From Ramazzottius varieornatus (taxonomy: Eukaryota > Animalia > Tardigrada), in NCBI GenBank assembly GCA_001949185.1, contig BDGG01000004.1:707620-771619 (forward strand): 64,000 nt of DNA. The letters are read 5' to 3'. The notes below the pieces were generated by a model. The model saw only the letters and a program-made list of their open reading frames with translations. It ran no database searches and was not told where the DNA came from. Shown here one piece after another: positions 36,851 to 53,387 of the stretch. Position 1 is the stretch's first letter; each line of letters starts with the position of its first letter. Both the position numbers and the translations under genes were made by a program.

Positions 36851-39150
36851 TCAACAGATCAAATTAACAAAGGCAAAGAGGAAACCTATAAGTATTGCTT
36901 TCGATGGCTCGTTTCTCCCGAGCGAACTGCTGGTGTGTACCGGGTTATAACTGGCTGAGCTCGGTGGCGAGGGCCTGGTGGAAGGTACCGGTATGTCAAA
37001 TGTGGGGTTCGGTGTTTTTGACATGGCCTTCGTCGATGGACTGATCGCCTTTCTAATTGCAGCAAGCAAGGGAAACTTCGGACCGCAGGCTCCTTGTCTG
37101 TCGTCCAGTCCAATATGCCAAATGAACACTCCCTTCATATTCTGACTTTCCGCCCATTTTACCTGCAAAGTTGTAAAACCGAGGTCTCCAAGAAAACTTT
37201 GGGAAGCACTACCGAACAGACCTTGATAGAAATACTGTCGTCATCGTCGTAGCTAACCCACTGATTGCCGGAGTAGGCGTAGGACGTGCTGCTTGCTGGA
37301 TCAGTCTTGCGTGTCCATCCGGTTTTCAAATTTATACAGATTTCCGTGTATGACAATGTTCCGTTGTCGTATGTTAAGAACCCACCCACTCCGGGCCCAA
37401 TAGCTTCGTGTCCCATGCCAACATCTCTGGTTGTATTGCCAGTGTCGTTCGTCAAAGTCCAGGTTCGGCCGTAGAATGGAATACCTAATGACAACTCGGC
37501 TGGCGTAATGCCCGCGTTAATCCAGTCAGTTACAGACTTTCTCTGCAAAGAACACGGAATGCAAAAAAACAAAGAAGAAAAAAGCGGGCGCAAATTCTTT
37601 CATTGGCTCGGTTTGGGAATGTCCTTAATCAAAATGGAATCCACTGACCACGTCTGGGAACCCAGCATTTACTGCTGTTTTCTGAACCGTGGAACCCCAG
37701 TTGCCTTTGTAGTCATAAGTCAGTACGTTAACACCGTCCACGTACCTAAAACCGCCGATGATCAACAGGAACTCTACAGAGATGGATCAAGCCGCTTAAG
37801 CTTGTTTTTTGATTTGGGAATCCTTACTTTGCGATTTCTTTCGGAAGGTAGCCAAGTCGTACTGTCTGGGTTACGGTGGTCGTCAACTTTAATCGCTCGC
37901 GCTGGGTTTTGTTTGCCTCGAGTTCAAACGCTTCCCGGAGACTCTGGCGAGGGAAGTAAGAACTGGGGATCGTATTGATAACTGAGACACGGAGCGTGGA
38001 CATTGTCCACTAACCTGAAGCAGTAACGCGTGGTCTCGCGCACCGGCTGGTTCAGGGAACTGCCAGTCGATGTTCACGCCGTCCAGACTCCACCTTCGAA
38101 GAGTCGTGACCACCGCTGAAGCAAACTTTATACGGCTCGCTGGGTTACTCGATGTGCTGGCAAATTCTTTCCCACTACCCCACCCTCCAACACCCAGAAG
38201 AATTTCCAGATCTGGTTGTGCCTCCTTCAGATCATTCAGCTGCGCGAAGTGCTGACGATATTTGCTACCGTTGGTAGGAGCGGGTACGCCATCTTCTATC
38301 TTGAAGAAAGCGTAGATAATGACGTCACATGCCTTGGTCGGCGCAATGTCACTGATGCGAAATGGATTGTTTCCTTCATTGCTTAATGTCCACTCCGGAA
38401 GATAGCACTGGACTCGGAGATCACCTACGGTACGTGCAGCCCGTTACAGCAAAGTTATCCCGTTTTGTAGAAAATTCTGTGGTCAGTCGCGGGTCGAAAT
38501 TACCAGTTGAAACACTTTTGTTTCTGTCATTCTAGCTTTCTAGTTTTATATGAGCACAAAAAGGATCGTTTAGATGAGACCTTTCGAATAATTCAAAACA
38601 AAGTTTCACCCGTGTTTTTCGAAATTTGCTGAAACATGCACGCCAAGTGACCACGGAGAACCTCTAGTTTCTCATTCGAAAATTCACATCCCCACAACGT
38701 TTTCCATTGTTTCCAAGAAGTGTTTCTGTAAACGGGAAAAATTTCATTTTGCCACCGAAAAATGTACATCAGAGCGTTCTAGCTTTCGAACGAAAAATAC
38801 CTTTTCGATAACACAAGCAGAAATCAAAAAACGTTTTGCAACCAAATTTCAAAACGAAGCTCTCGAACTAGTTTGCACCTCCGACTCGTAAATTAACGTT
38901 TAACAGTTAGAAGAGAGGCTGAATTTTATGAAGCTAACTGAAATGGTGCCAAAAGTACTGATTTAGATTTTTGAGAGAAAGTTACGAGAGCAGCGGGGAC
39001 GACTTTGCTCTAAATAACGGGCTGTATATGGCAAAGATAGCCAACTTGCAACAAATTTGCAACTGATCGTAAATAGTCCGTACCTGCTGAAGTCCAGCGA
39101 GAAAATTCAGCTAACAGTAGAGATAACCACGCAAAACTGCTCATATCCAT
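36851..39150 (-). CDS. GH18 chitinase-like protein, predicted catalytically inactive, with a C-terminal GPI-anchor-like signal
   Basis: Signal-peptide exon 39150-39084. CYLPEW, CDVIIYAF, LLGVGGW, DGVNIDWQFP, LTYDYKGNW, LGIPFYGRTW, LSYTEIC, NQWVSYDD..SI, GVFIWHIGLDD. Ser/Pro/Thr stalk and hydrophobic end AILIGFLFAFVNLIC*. Exon phases appear consistent. Confidence 0.9.
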
Positions 39151-39227
39151 GTGGGCCTACAGGTGAGATGAGAAACCTCCGTAACTCAATCTTGATGATC
39201 CGTTTATTTGGAATACTGGACGATCCG

Positions 39228-39255
39228 TGACCACTAGATTCTGACCACTAGATTC
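39228..39255. repeat. Perfect 14 bp tandem duplication (TGACCACTAGATTC x2) in the divergent promoter region
   Basis: Read directly at 39228-39241 and 39242-39255. Confidence 0.9.
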
Positions 39256-39612
39256 CAGAAGACGGCGAGTTCATGCGGCTTTAAGCGCAGACCCGCAGGC
39301 ACAGGTTTTATGGGGATCTCTAAACACGTCTGACAGAAAAGTTTTAGGGTAAACAAGTCCACTCGTTTCGTCCGTCACGGGTTATGGATTTCGGGTAAAC
39401 TGCGTGAGTTTTTAGAAGACACAACGTGATCGTACAAGAAGATAAATGTCCGTAGGCCAGCCTCTGCAGTACCTCAAGGCAATGCGCGTTTTGAACTGAT
39501 CATAATAACGATCGAGTGAATTGTCTGGCCCGCGGACTTTCTCTTAGTCGTCATCTCAAAACATGAATTACCAAGATCGTGGAACAGAATCTTACTTTGC
39601 CTTGAAGTCGCC

Positions 39613-42953
<3,341 letters not shown>

Positions 42954-43446
42954 TCTCATCAGCCGACGCTCTTGCTTGATTGTTTAAAATTTTATTGTTT
43001 GTTGTCCCTTTTTCTCCTGACACTCTTGCCTCTTTCTCCAATTTTGTTCGTACATGCTTGAGCCTGGCCAGCATTCCAATAAGGGTGTAATTGTATAATG
43101 TATTACCTCCTGCATGCACCGGTGCCAAGTGCAAACCTTTGCGGGCAGAGTCCTTCCAGGTACCACCTTAAACAGCCTGTATTCTCAGTGCGCAATAGAT
43201 CCAAACTCACTTTCGCAATTGTTCAGCATTATTTTTCTCGCTAGTTCTCGTGAGGGTTGTATTTGAATGCCGCCCATGAAATCGACGTGGCGCGCCCAGC
43301 CCGCCAAAATAAGTGGATACTCTGAGTCTCGCACTCGCGGCGCTGAATTGCTAGCGACCGAGCAACCAGTGTTTTGAACCTCACGTAATTATTCCCCTCC
43401 AAGCAGCTACAATTAGGAACGAATTTCCATTTGCGAGTTACTGCTG

Positions 43447-43601
43447 TACGAGGGCGAAGTTGCTAAGTTAGCCGGCTGGTGCCGCAGTTGTGAAGTTAAC
43501 CACCGAATATCAGGCGTACGCCATTAAAAGGCTTACGCTTCACGAGATGAGGCTAACTTTTACCACCTCGGCCTGGCTAGCTTTGCAACTTTGCCCTTGT
43601 A
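43447..43601. mobile_element. Mariner-type MITE, family B
   Basis: tacgagggcgaagttgctaagttagcc ... ggctagctttgcaactttgcccttgta; TA-bounded; inverted copy of 33207-33367. Confidence 0.8.
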
Positions 43602-43748
43602 TATCAGTTCTTCCTCACGTACGAGGTAATCAAGAATGGAAAAGTAAAAACAAAGATAATACAGTGCAACTAAGTCCAACTTAGAAAATGTGTTTTGAAA
43701 TCAACATCATATGGCTGATACTCAGCAAAACAAGTTTGTCACAGAACT

Positions 43749-46700
43749 TCAACATTCATTAACGTCTTGGGGGTCGACACACTGATTTCGGTGCTGATTA
43801 TACCGCCACTGAATGCCATTGTGGGGAAGACACATGAACTCAAACAAATTATACTGTTTGGGTCCCACTTTGACGCACAGGTAAAACTTCGAGCATGAGA
43901 CGTCCCTTGCATTCCTGAAGTACCCTTCCGATCGGCACTTGAAGCTCATCCCAGTCGTGATGTTGTTCAACTGGCCGGACACCGTGTTGAAGTTCAGGAT
44001 CAGTGCAGAGGGCGTGGTAGTGGCCATGGGTCCGATTAGTGTTTGGTCGAAGGATGTCGGCGGACTTGGCGTGACCCAGTCCGACATTTGAGCGTAGAGC
44101 TTGTTGAACGTGTTGCGGTAGGACGTGAGCGAGAGCTGAACACTGGTTCTGTCGTTGTAGGTGTCGTGCTGCGACGACACTTCCAGTGACCCCTTACCGG
44201 GTACCTTGATGGCCACAGCCTTGTTACCTATCCAGCTGCTGACAGTTGGGCGAGGCTCTTTGTTTCTCCATGGATTCAACATGGTACTTGGGAGTGGCAG
44301 CGACATGGTGACGCCACCGGGTCTTCGGGTGGATTGCGTCCGTGTGGAGGACCCGGTGGTGAAGGACGACGTGGCCGTGGTTGACGGGGAGTTCAGAGAT
44401 GTGCTGCTGGCAGACACATTTGTACTCGAAGTGGTGCTTGTGACCGTGGTGGTTGGGTTCGTATAGTCTTTTTCAGGTCGGCAAGGGTCGTTGGAAGGTG
44501 GAGCCACACATTGGCCGCTGGTCACATTCAGGTAGAGCGTTTCGCAATATATCTGGGAGAAAAACGAACAGCAAATCATGAGAGAATATTTCAGTCATGA
44601 ACATCAACTACGGTAAAAAAATGCAGCCCCATTCTTGCGGAATTTTGATTAGCAGCTGTCTTCACCAGACTACTGTGCTCGTGCATGAGTTATGAACCAA
44701 TAAACTACCCGAACATTTGCACCAGTAGTCAACCATTTTCTGCACGGTAGTATCTAAATGACTGACAACCATAGAGAAATATCACTGTGGTTCCATGATC
44801 ATGAGCCGTGCCCGTATGAACTGTATAATTCTGTACGCGACGTCGATCGGGTCATTCTTATTATCGATCATTCAATGCAAGGTAAACAAATTTCGTTTCT
44901 CTTTTTTCCATTAAATCAGTCTGATCTTTGATAAGTGGTGCCATCATGGATATATTAATTTGGCACGCAAAATTGATTTGGTCGGACCCTGCGTAAGTCT
45001 GCTTACCTCTTGCAAACGGAAGCGTCCTTTCTCGACCTCAAGACAGCTATAATAATAGCCACACGTCTGAAGTCGGTAAACCTGTTGGGTGGTGCAAACC
45101 AGTGGAGCAGCGCCGTCCTGCACACCGTCACTGCCCGTCTGCCACACTTTGGGCAGCACCACTTGTGGAGCATGACTTGACACGGTGCTGGCAGTCTTGA
45201 TGGGTGTTGTGGTGGTGGTGCCCGCCGAAGGTTGCATCAGTTCGGGCAGGATGTCCAGCCCAAGACCCGACTGACAAGGGTTACTGGCAGAGGCGGGCGC
45301 CATGCAAGCGTGCGAGATGGTGTCAAATACAAATGGTCCGTCACACCGGTAGTGGAGCATGACGAAACTGTTGGGTTCCGGAGTCAGCTGAAGGCATCTT
45401 GAAAGTCGAAAAAGTCTATATTATCGACCTTCCGTATATATTATCATTCACAGTTATTCAAACATATTTTTCCATATTTACGGCGTATGATTCGAGCCAG
45501 TAACAATTACTCGATTTTCACCAATTTAGTACGTTTCACTATGCTTACCGGTAGAAGCGTTGGCAGGTTTCATCGCTGGGATACAAGAAGTATCCCGATG
45601 AGAAGCACACAGGCTGGGCCTTTTGTGCGAACTTTGGAACGTCCGGCTTTTGTACTCCCGGCTTGACGCTGATAGGCGCAGGTGTTGGGGTCGTCAGAGG
45701 GATCGATTTTATTTCAATGAAATTCGCACTGTTGTCATCGGTAGTACTAGAGTCGGTTGTGGCTCGTTCGGTGGCCGCCAACTGCAAATTCTCTGTTACC
45801 TCAGGGCTGAGATTCGTTGTCTTCGTTTCTGTTTCAGGGCTCGACGGTAGGCTGGTTGAGCTGGAGCTCAATACTTCGTCAAGAGAATCAGGTAGGGTCC
45901 AAACATCCGGACTTTGAGTAGCGATTGGTAACAGGAAGGGTGTGAACGACTCTTCTTCGGTCGAGTCATCCACCGAATTCGGCGTTGAAGCGCTTATTGC
46001 GTGATTTTGTGGTACTGAAGGAGTGTTTTGATTCTTAAGATCGCTGGAGGAGATAAACGTCCCAGCTTGTGCATCAAAGACGGTTCCATCGATACCACAG
46101 TTGATTTCGGCATCGTACTGGCACGTGCCATTGTGAAACGCTGTATGTGGCGGACACTGGAACCGAAACAGCAGGAAGGCTTCCATCCAAACGTACTTTT
46201 CGCATTTGAAAAACACACACGGGTTCGCCGTCGAGAACACTCCCACTTGCCCACATCTGAAATCTTCTCCGTCCGTTACCAATACCCCAGTGGCTGTTAA
46301 GTACGTCATAGGTTTGATAATGGGCTGGAAATTGAACGTTGATTGACTGTTTTCGCCGTTGTCACCGTTGTTTGTTTGTAGCGAGACGCCGACAGTGTGA
46401 GAGAATCCAGTAGACGTCGTGGTGACGCTCGGAGTTCGCGTTGTAGGCGCCACGCTTTCACGTTCTCGACCATACGGCAACGTGAACACTCGTACCACGT
46501 CTTCCAGCACGGTAGGGGATGGAGTCGTGAAGGATGGTTGGGACGGCGATGGGGTCATCCAGATTGTAGCAAGTGTACCAGGTGGCACAATGCTCGGTGC
46601 TGATGTCGCCGCAGCATATTTGTACGGAAGAGAGTTGTCGAGGTTATCCAGAAGGGTCATGTTGCATACTGAGGTCTGGCTCGTAGCCCACGTACATAGT

Positions 46701-47721
46701 TTCTTTTCTTCATCGAAGAATAGACCCGTTGGGCAGGAGAACTGTTCGATCTTGAGCGTGGTGGCGATCGTTGAGCATCGAATGAACCGACGACAGTTGA
46801 TCGGGCTTCGGAATAGCAGAGTCGTAGAGGCGGAAGCTTTGTTCTGAAAGCCGTCTCGACAGCGGGAAACTTGCCAACGCCGTAGAGAGTCGGACAGAAG
46901 GGTTGAAGAGATTCCTTCTTGAGTAGTGTTGAGATCGGTGGCGGAGACCCGCCACGGTGAGATAACGGTGGCGTCCAATGATGCTGCAGCTTCCATACTT
47001 TCTTCGCCCAAAGCTTTTACGCAGGCTTTGACCGTTGGCTCGTACACTAGACCGGCATCACACGTGAACAAATAAACCTGAAACCAAGTAACATAATCCA
47101 CGTCGCTACACTCTTTCCAAAATCATTCTATCTATTGTTCTAAACTGTTAGTATTATAGTTTGAGTTCACCACCCTGGTCGAGAAGCGGGTGGCTCGAAA
47201 TTGTGAATACCAAATCTACAACTGTCGCAGAGGATCACAGAATTTTGAAAGGCGTTGTGTTTGGGAGGCTGGCAAACAGTCTCGGAACGATCATTACCTC
47301 AAGTAGCGCACGTTTCCAGTCAAAAACACAAAAAATTGCGCCACTTGAGGAAACGATAATGCTGAGATAGTTTGCCGGCGTCCGGTTTACTGTCAAGTTT
47401 TACCATGTAATTGCTTTGGGACTGTAAAGCCACGCAGCGGAAGAACTTGGTGTTGTTGGTGGGATGTGGGAAGTACCCTGACACCGAGCATGTTAATCCC
47501 GATAATTCGGAAACGTAGGAAGCCGGTCGTCGATCTCCACTGGGGGTTCTCCGCTTGATCCTCCACAGCTTTTTGAAACTGTCACTTTCCGGGAATCTGT
47601 CGTCCTTACTAATGGTCCGGACATCCTGTGTGCTTAACACCATGGGTCTTCCCGGAACACTGCCGTGTGCATTAGCCACGAAACCCAACAGGAGTGTAAT
47701 AATGAAAAACAGCCACAACAT
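43749..47721 (-). CDS. Secreted peritrophin/CPAP-like protein with six CBM14 (ChtBD2) domains and Ser/Thr mucin linkers
   Basis: Exons 47721-47404, 47077-45549, 45397-45007, 44552-43749. Signal peptide MLWLFFIITLLLGFVANA. Repeats such as CSVSGYFPHP...KFFRC...FTCDAGLVY, FSCPTGLFFDEEKKLCTW and CRSEGYFRN...CSKFYLC. Confidence 0.88.
47261..47383. mobile_element. MITE-like palindromic repeat, family A (copy 5)
   Basis: ggcaaac...cctcaagtagcgcacgtttcc ... aaattgcgccacttgaggaaacgat...gtttgcc; in intron 1 of the CBM14 gene. Confidence 0.7.
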
Positions 47722-48385
47722 TTTCCTGTTGAAGTACGGAAGATGACTTATTCCAGAATGAGAGTAACCGTATAACTGGGTGGTTCAAGGTAAGACGCAG
47801 CCATGCTATTGTGTCGGCTGAATGTCTGAACGGCGATGCGCGACGGAGAAAAGAAACCTATATATGCCATTGTGTTGAATGGAGCAAAAAATGGAGAAAG
47901 CAGTCGAGTGTCAGTGAAACATGGTGCATTGACCATAACTCACTGACTCTTCTTCCCAAGTTCAAAGCTTCAAAAGCAGCATTTAAGGTCCTAATAAGCA
48001 GTGTGACTACGCGCAGGCGACCATCACTGCCGCATCTGATTGCCGCTTTCAAGTTTACTGGACACTGCCTACAAACTCTACCAAATGTTCAGCACGGTCC
48101 CAAGTCAAAACGTAGCCGTCAGTAACTTTCCACAGTAGCAAGCTCATAAGTTGAAGAGTGCATCAATAGGGCAACTCTCAATTTTGCATATTCCCACCGG
48201 ATTCTGAAAGACACTTTAATACGCTAATCGCGAAGGTGCGCGAAACCGCAAAAATGGTTAAAAACTGTTCAAAATTTTCGGTTATACCGATGCCAAAGCA
48301 GACCTTAGTGTAACTCGTAACGTTTCCCAGTGTTGATAAGCTTCCCATAAGAAAAGGCGAGAAAAACTGTTTTACTAGACAGAGT

Positions 48386-51300
48386 TCAAGGGATGGTGGG
48401 GGACGATCGTGGAGTTCTCTGAGTACTTGGAACACTGATAAAAGAGTTGTACCCGCTACCGGACAGGTTCATCTGAACACATGGGCGTCCCTTTGAATGC
48501 GTGGAACCACAGAGGAAGCACTTCACACCACCAGGTTGTGTTTGACTGAAACGTGGTGGTAATGACTGTGCTTTGCTCTGACCATTTCGATTGTAGTCAA
48601 TCAACGGCAAGGAAGCCGTATGACTAGCCGACCGCAAGCTGCTGCTGGATCGAGGGACCGCCGATCGGGGACCACTAGACCGCATAGATCGAGGAGCTGT
48701 ATAACGCCGACCGTTCGCCCTCAGGGAAGCGTTGTTACTATCCCCCGGTAGCTGATGGTGGTAAATACTACGTCGAAATGGACCTTGAGTTATATTGGGC
48801 ACACTTCGGCGTAAGGCAGCAGCTTCACGGCGACTTTCGGAGTACGTAAGACATTTTAGGCAATGACGATCCAACAGAGACCAAAAGTCGTTCTGTAATA
48901 GAAAAAGCCATTCGATTCACAGACCAGACTTAAAAAATCAAAGACGAAGTCCTGAAGTTACCTTGAAGTTCTTGTTGACCACGACGTAAATTATCTGTAA
49001 GTTCAGAACAGGGAAATGTGGAGTATTGATGCTTTTTCTCCAAATTGTTCATCTCTGTTGGATTTGGTTGCAAAGTTAAAACTCTTGTGTGGGACTTACT
49101 ATATTGATGGCAACAGTGAGCATAGATACGAAGTGGCAGCATACAAACAGCATGTGATAGTATTTGGGCGGGAGGTTCTTAAGAAAGGCGGAGAAGTCGT
49201 GCAGGAGGAAAAAAATGTGAAGTGGCAGCCATAGTAATCCGAAGGACAGTACCATCAGCGCCAACATCTTGATAACCTATGGAAGCACAAGTGATCATCA
49301 AAGTTCGGCTGGCTTTCTGTGTTGACTAGGATCACGTATGTGTCAGGACCCGGAGTAAGTCATCAGGACTGTATCCGCCTCAACACGCCAAACTAATCAT
49401 GTGGTGGACATGTAGACCGCTTTTGCTTACATATGCGTCAGCCGAGCGGAAGTGAACCTTCTTTCGTCACGTGAGCAGGCTTACGTATCAGCAAACTCAG
49501 GCGTACCTGAAGTCTGGTATGATCGGGTTGTTTTTGGAATTGGATACCCATGACAGCAAATGATTTGACAAAATGAAGGGGTGTTAGAGCGATGACAGCA
49601 CATACCAATCTGGTCTACGGATGTTCGCGGGTCTCGGGTTGCTTTTCGGAGCGGGAAAAGAACACTGTTTCTGTAACCGGAGACCAGAACTACACAGAAC
49701 CGCGTCAAAACATTCTTCGTGTTTTTTTTTGGCAAGCGTCAAGAATTTCCATGTGCATCTTTCTGGACAAGTTACCGCTCACCCGCACCATGCATGAACA
49801 AGAACGCCGGTAACTGATACCAACCGGCTTGCCAAAATTAATTTTGTCTTGGTTTGGGTGAGCGCTAGTTCTCGCAATAAATCCGACCGTACTCTCATTA
49901 AACCGTTGAGCAACCCAGATGTTTTTGCCCGTGTCAGACTAAGAGACTATTAGCCCAATTGACAATAAACCCGTGAGCGATCGTAGGTGTAACTTAGCGA
50001 TTACAGGCCGGTCTTCTGTTCGGAGCAGAGCCCAGGGGCCGGGTACTCGTAACTCTAATCCTTAGATTCCGTTACCGACAAATTAACTTGTTGATCATTC
50101 AACCTACCTTCCGCTTCGATTGTAGCTGATGCTTGTCTCTAGTCTCCGCCGCTTCACCCGGTGTCGTTCTCTCCCATAATTTGCGCCCAATGTACGAGTA
50201 GGCGCAACCGATGCAGAAGAGCGGTATGACATAGTCCACCGAAAAGACCCAAATTGTATAGTATCTGCTGTACAACGAGGTCTGTCGGTCCTCTACATCC
50301 GTTCTATCCAGATCATCGGGCCAGGTCTCCAAGCACAGGTAGATATTGGAAGCGTTACCATCCTCGGAATGTTCAGACGTAATCTGTACTTGACTAACAA
50401 ACAGCTGCACGCTAGCTTGCAGCAAAGACCAGAGCCAGATGAGGCAGAGGATGATCAAGAGCTGATTTGAAGTATTTGTGGCCCGAAGGAGCTGGCGGAA
50501 AGGTCGGCAGATACTGCGTAATCGATCGATGGATATGAAGGCTTGAGTGTAGATACTGGCGGAAACTGAAATATAGGATTCAGGTTGCCAGAAGAGCTAG
50601 ATTGAACTGCGTTATCGGCACCGTCCGGTTCATACCTGAGGTGTGCTGCATGAAAGACACGGCGGGACACAGAAAGTGCGGGTAGATCCATTTTCCCAGG
50701 AGCACTACAAAAGACAAAAAGACGGCTAACCAAACCACATCATACTGCGTTGATCGACAATGAGGCAACCGGAAGTACAGACGAGAACGCTGCAGATTTT
50801 CCATCTGAAAATGACCAGACCAGCAACGCTGAAGTCGTAAGCAACTCTTGCCAACGACCTATTCAACTGTGGATACAGGGTTCGTCAACCCATCAGTATA
50901 ATTACAAAGCTTTTCAGAGGCGTTCAGTGATTTTCCATCACTCTGACATTCTGTGAAAGATCGTAGTAAAATGGCGCGGATATGGTTCTGTACGTTCTTA
51001 CGTCAAGTCCTTTTTCGATAGTCCAAGTAAAGTACACACCGGAAGACAGAAAAGCCTTACCTTGGGTAGAAGTGAAAGGCATACAAAAAAGCGCCATGAT
51101 CAAGTCAGATATGGCCAAGTTTATCAAGAACGGCGCCAACTCCGTCCGCGACTTCCGCCCGTAGGAAAACACATAGATGACCACAATGTTTCCCGCCACC
51201 GAGAAGAAAATGTTGAGTCCATACAGGAACAACAATCCGACCTGGACCTCATAGGGCAACGTATACTGGTCCAGTTCCGCACTACCGGCAAAATCACTGT

Positions 51301-51391
51301 AAAAAGTCGAATCATTGCCCAGAGGAAAGTCCACATAGTTCAAGTTCACTTCACCCTCCTCGAAAGGCGACGAGTTCCCCACGCTGGACAT
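48386..51391 (-). CDS. Class A neuropeptide GPCR (tachykinin/leucokinin/RYamide/NPY-receptor-like)
   Basis: AGNIVVI, FLINLAISDLIMALFCMPFT, W.YPHFLCP, SIDRY, C.ETWP, DYVIPLF, LWERTTPGE...KRKV|IKML, CWLP-like LLWLPLH, 33 nt micro-exon IIYVVVNKNFK (48994-48962), long Ser/Arg-rich tail. Confidence 0.88.
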
Positions 51392-53387
51392 GGCATCGCC
51401 TATTTAACTCATTACGAAGACTTCAAAACCGTACAGAACAGCCCTTCAGTAATCAAAGTTTCAGGGTCGGAAACGCTCTGGTTGGCATATAGAGGAGAAT
51501 CCGGCTGAGAGGATAATGAAGTCCTGCTGACTAACAAATTGAAAAGTATGGTTCTGGTTCCCTGCATCCGTCGTACCTCATCATGACCAGCGCGACACTG
51601 TCACATCCGATTGGAGGAGAGACTATTACTGGGTACTTCATCCAGCTAGCCAGCAGGATTTGGACGAGCACGAGTGTGTGCATCACTACAGTATAATGGC
51701 TCTTGGGCGGAGTCGCCCACTTGACGCAGTCAACTACAAAAGGCATTAAGCTCCCATCCTACCCGCATTATCCTGTCAATTCTAAAACATGGTAATCCGC
51801 ATTTCCTCCCTTTCGTCAGGCCAATACCCAAACACCATTGTTTTTCTGGCTCTGTTTAATTTCCTACTGATCCAAAACATGACGGTGTACGCAACGGAAA
51901 ACGTCTGCACTGATTCCGCACAAGATAACAGTACTCTTCCCGGTAGACTTCGATGTGAAAACAGCTCCGCTAAAAATAATACTCGTAATTGGAATTTTGC
52001 AATTCAAAAATGCCATGAGTGCAGTGTGGAGTGATTTAAGTAATTTGGCGCTAATAAAGGGAGTGGTTTACTGTACATTCATTCCACATTTCCTCTTCCT
52101 TCAGCTTCACAAACAGCACAGCTGACGATTCTTCAAGCTTTGCACGCGATAAACTCTCTCATCCATCTGCTTACAAGTCTTCTGGATTATTTTGCAACTT
52201 ACAACGACGAAGCCAAAGTAACCATCAGCGACCTTTGAGCGGAAGCCATTAAAAGATTTCTAATCGACCTTGGGACCATTTCCTTTTCTTAACTGTACGT
52301 CTCTTCCCTTAGTAAGCCTAGTCGCTGCGGTTTTCTCCGGAAGCACACGTTCTGGATCTCTCTCGCTGATGTAATGTCAGTTGGACCCAAATGTTCGGCC
52401 TATGACCACGCACTGTCCCAGCTCGTGCAAGAACACAAAGAACGGAAAATCACGAAGGTCATTTACTGTACTTTCTCGATGGCTAGATTGAAGTTCAAAT
52501 GGGAAAGATCCAGGCTTCTGTGGGGTACGCCGACGTCTTTTCAAGGACAGAGAAAAACAGCCCATAGCTAAATTAACGAAACATCTGCGACCTGACAGTG
52601 AACTGAGTTTAAACATCTCGCTAATAGAATTTGGGACAACAAGTCGGAGTTGATGAGCTCAGCCATGCGCCATTCACTGTTACGCCAACATCCAACGCAA
52701 ATACAACGTAGTTCAATCCGTTACTTTGATACAGGAAGTAATTATCCGCGTCAGCACTAGATCGTTAAGTCATGATCCGATAACGAACCGAAGTTTTTTC
52801 GAAGTAGACGCACAATAAGGATAAAAACAGAAGACGGTATTTGTAAGAAACTACAAACACCGTTTACAGTTTGGGAAGTATCATTTTTCCTTCCTTGAAT
52901 TTTACCAGCGATGTTTAGGTACCCAAACTAGAGACAGAGCCCACTGGCAACTCTTCACTGATCCTTCAACACAGGAAATCCCCAAATCTCAATGTTTCCT
53001 TAAGATCTTTCTTCATTATGTTTGGCGTAATTGATTTTTGTCTTGCATGGCATTTCACAGGACGCGGGGAATTCCATTAAGACTGTCAGGTCAGATAACG
53101 GTTTTGAAAACGTTTTCAAGAAATCTGAAAGACAGGGTACACTGACCGGATTCTACATGGTGTATATGCAACGTTCGAATCAACACCATGTTTACAGTTC
53201 AAAACAACACGGCACGTGATACGCATCCCCAACGGCGTAGGTCTGAATACATTTGAAGGGTACATCAGATCAGCGCCAGGCTAACATGCGTGCAGAAGAA
53301 TCTCGCTCACCTTGGTACGACCCGACGTGAGCAAGGTACCCATTCGACCATTCGCTAAGCTCCGTTTGTGCCGATATTAATTCTCGT

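Noticed and set aside
35339-39150. Single fused GH18-LysM chitinase gene (fungal killer-toxin-like architecture)
   Set aside because: The GH18 frame ends in a hydrophobic tail and stop at 36851, and the LysM exons have their own ATG and signal peptide at 36452. Two genes is the simpler reading.
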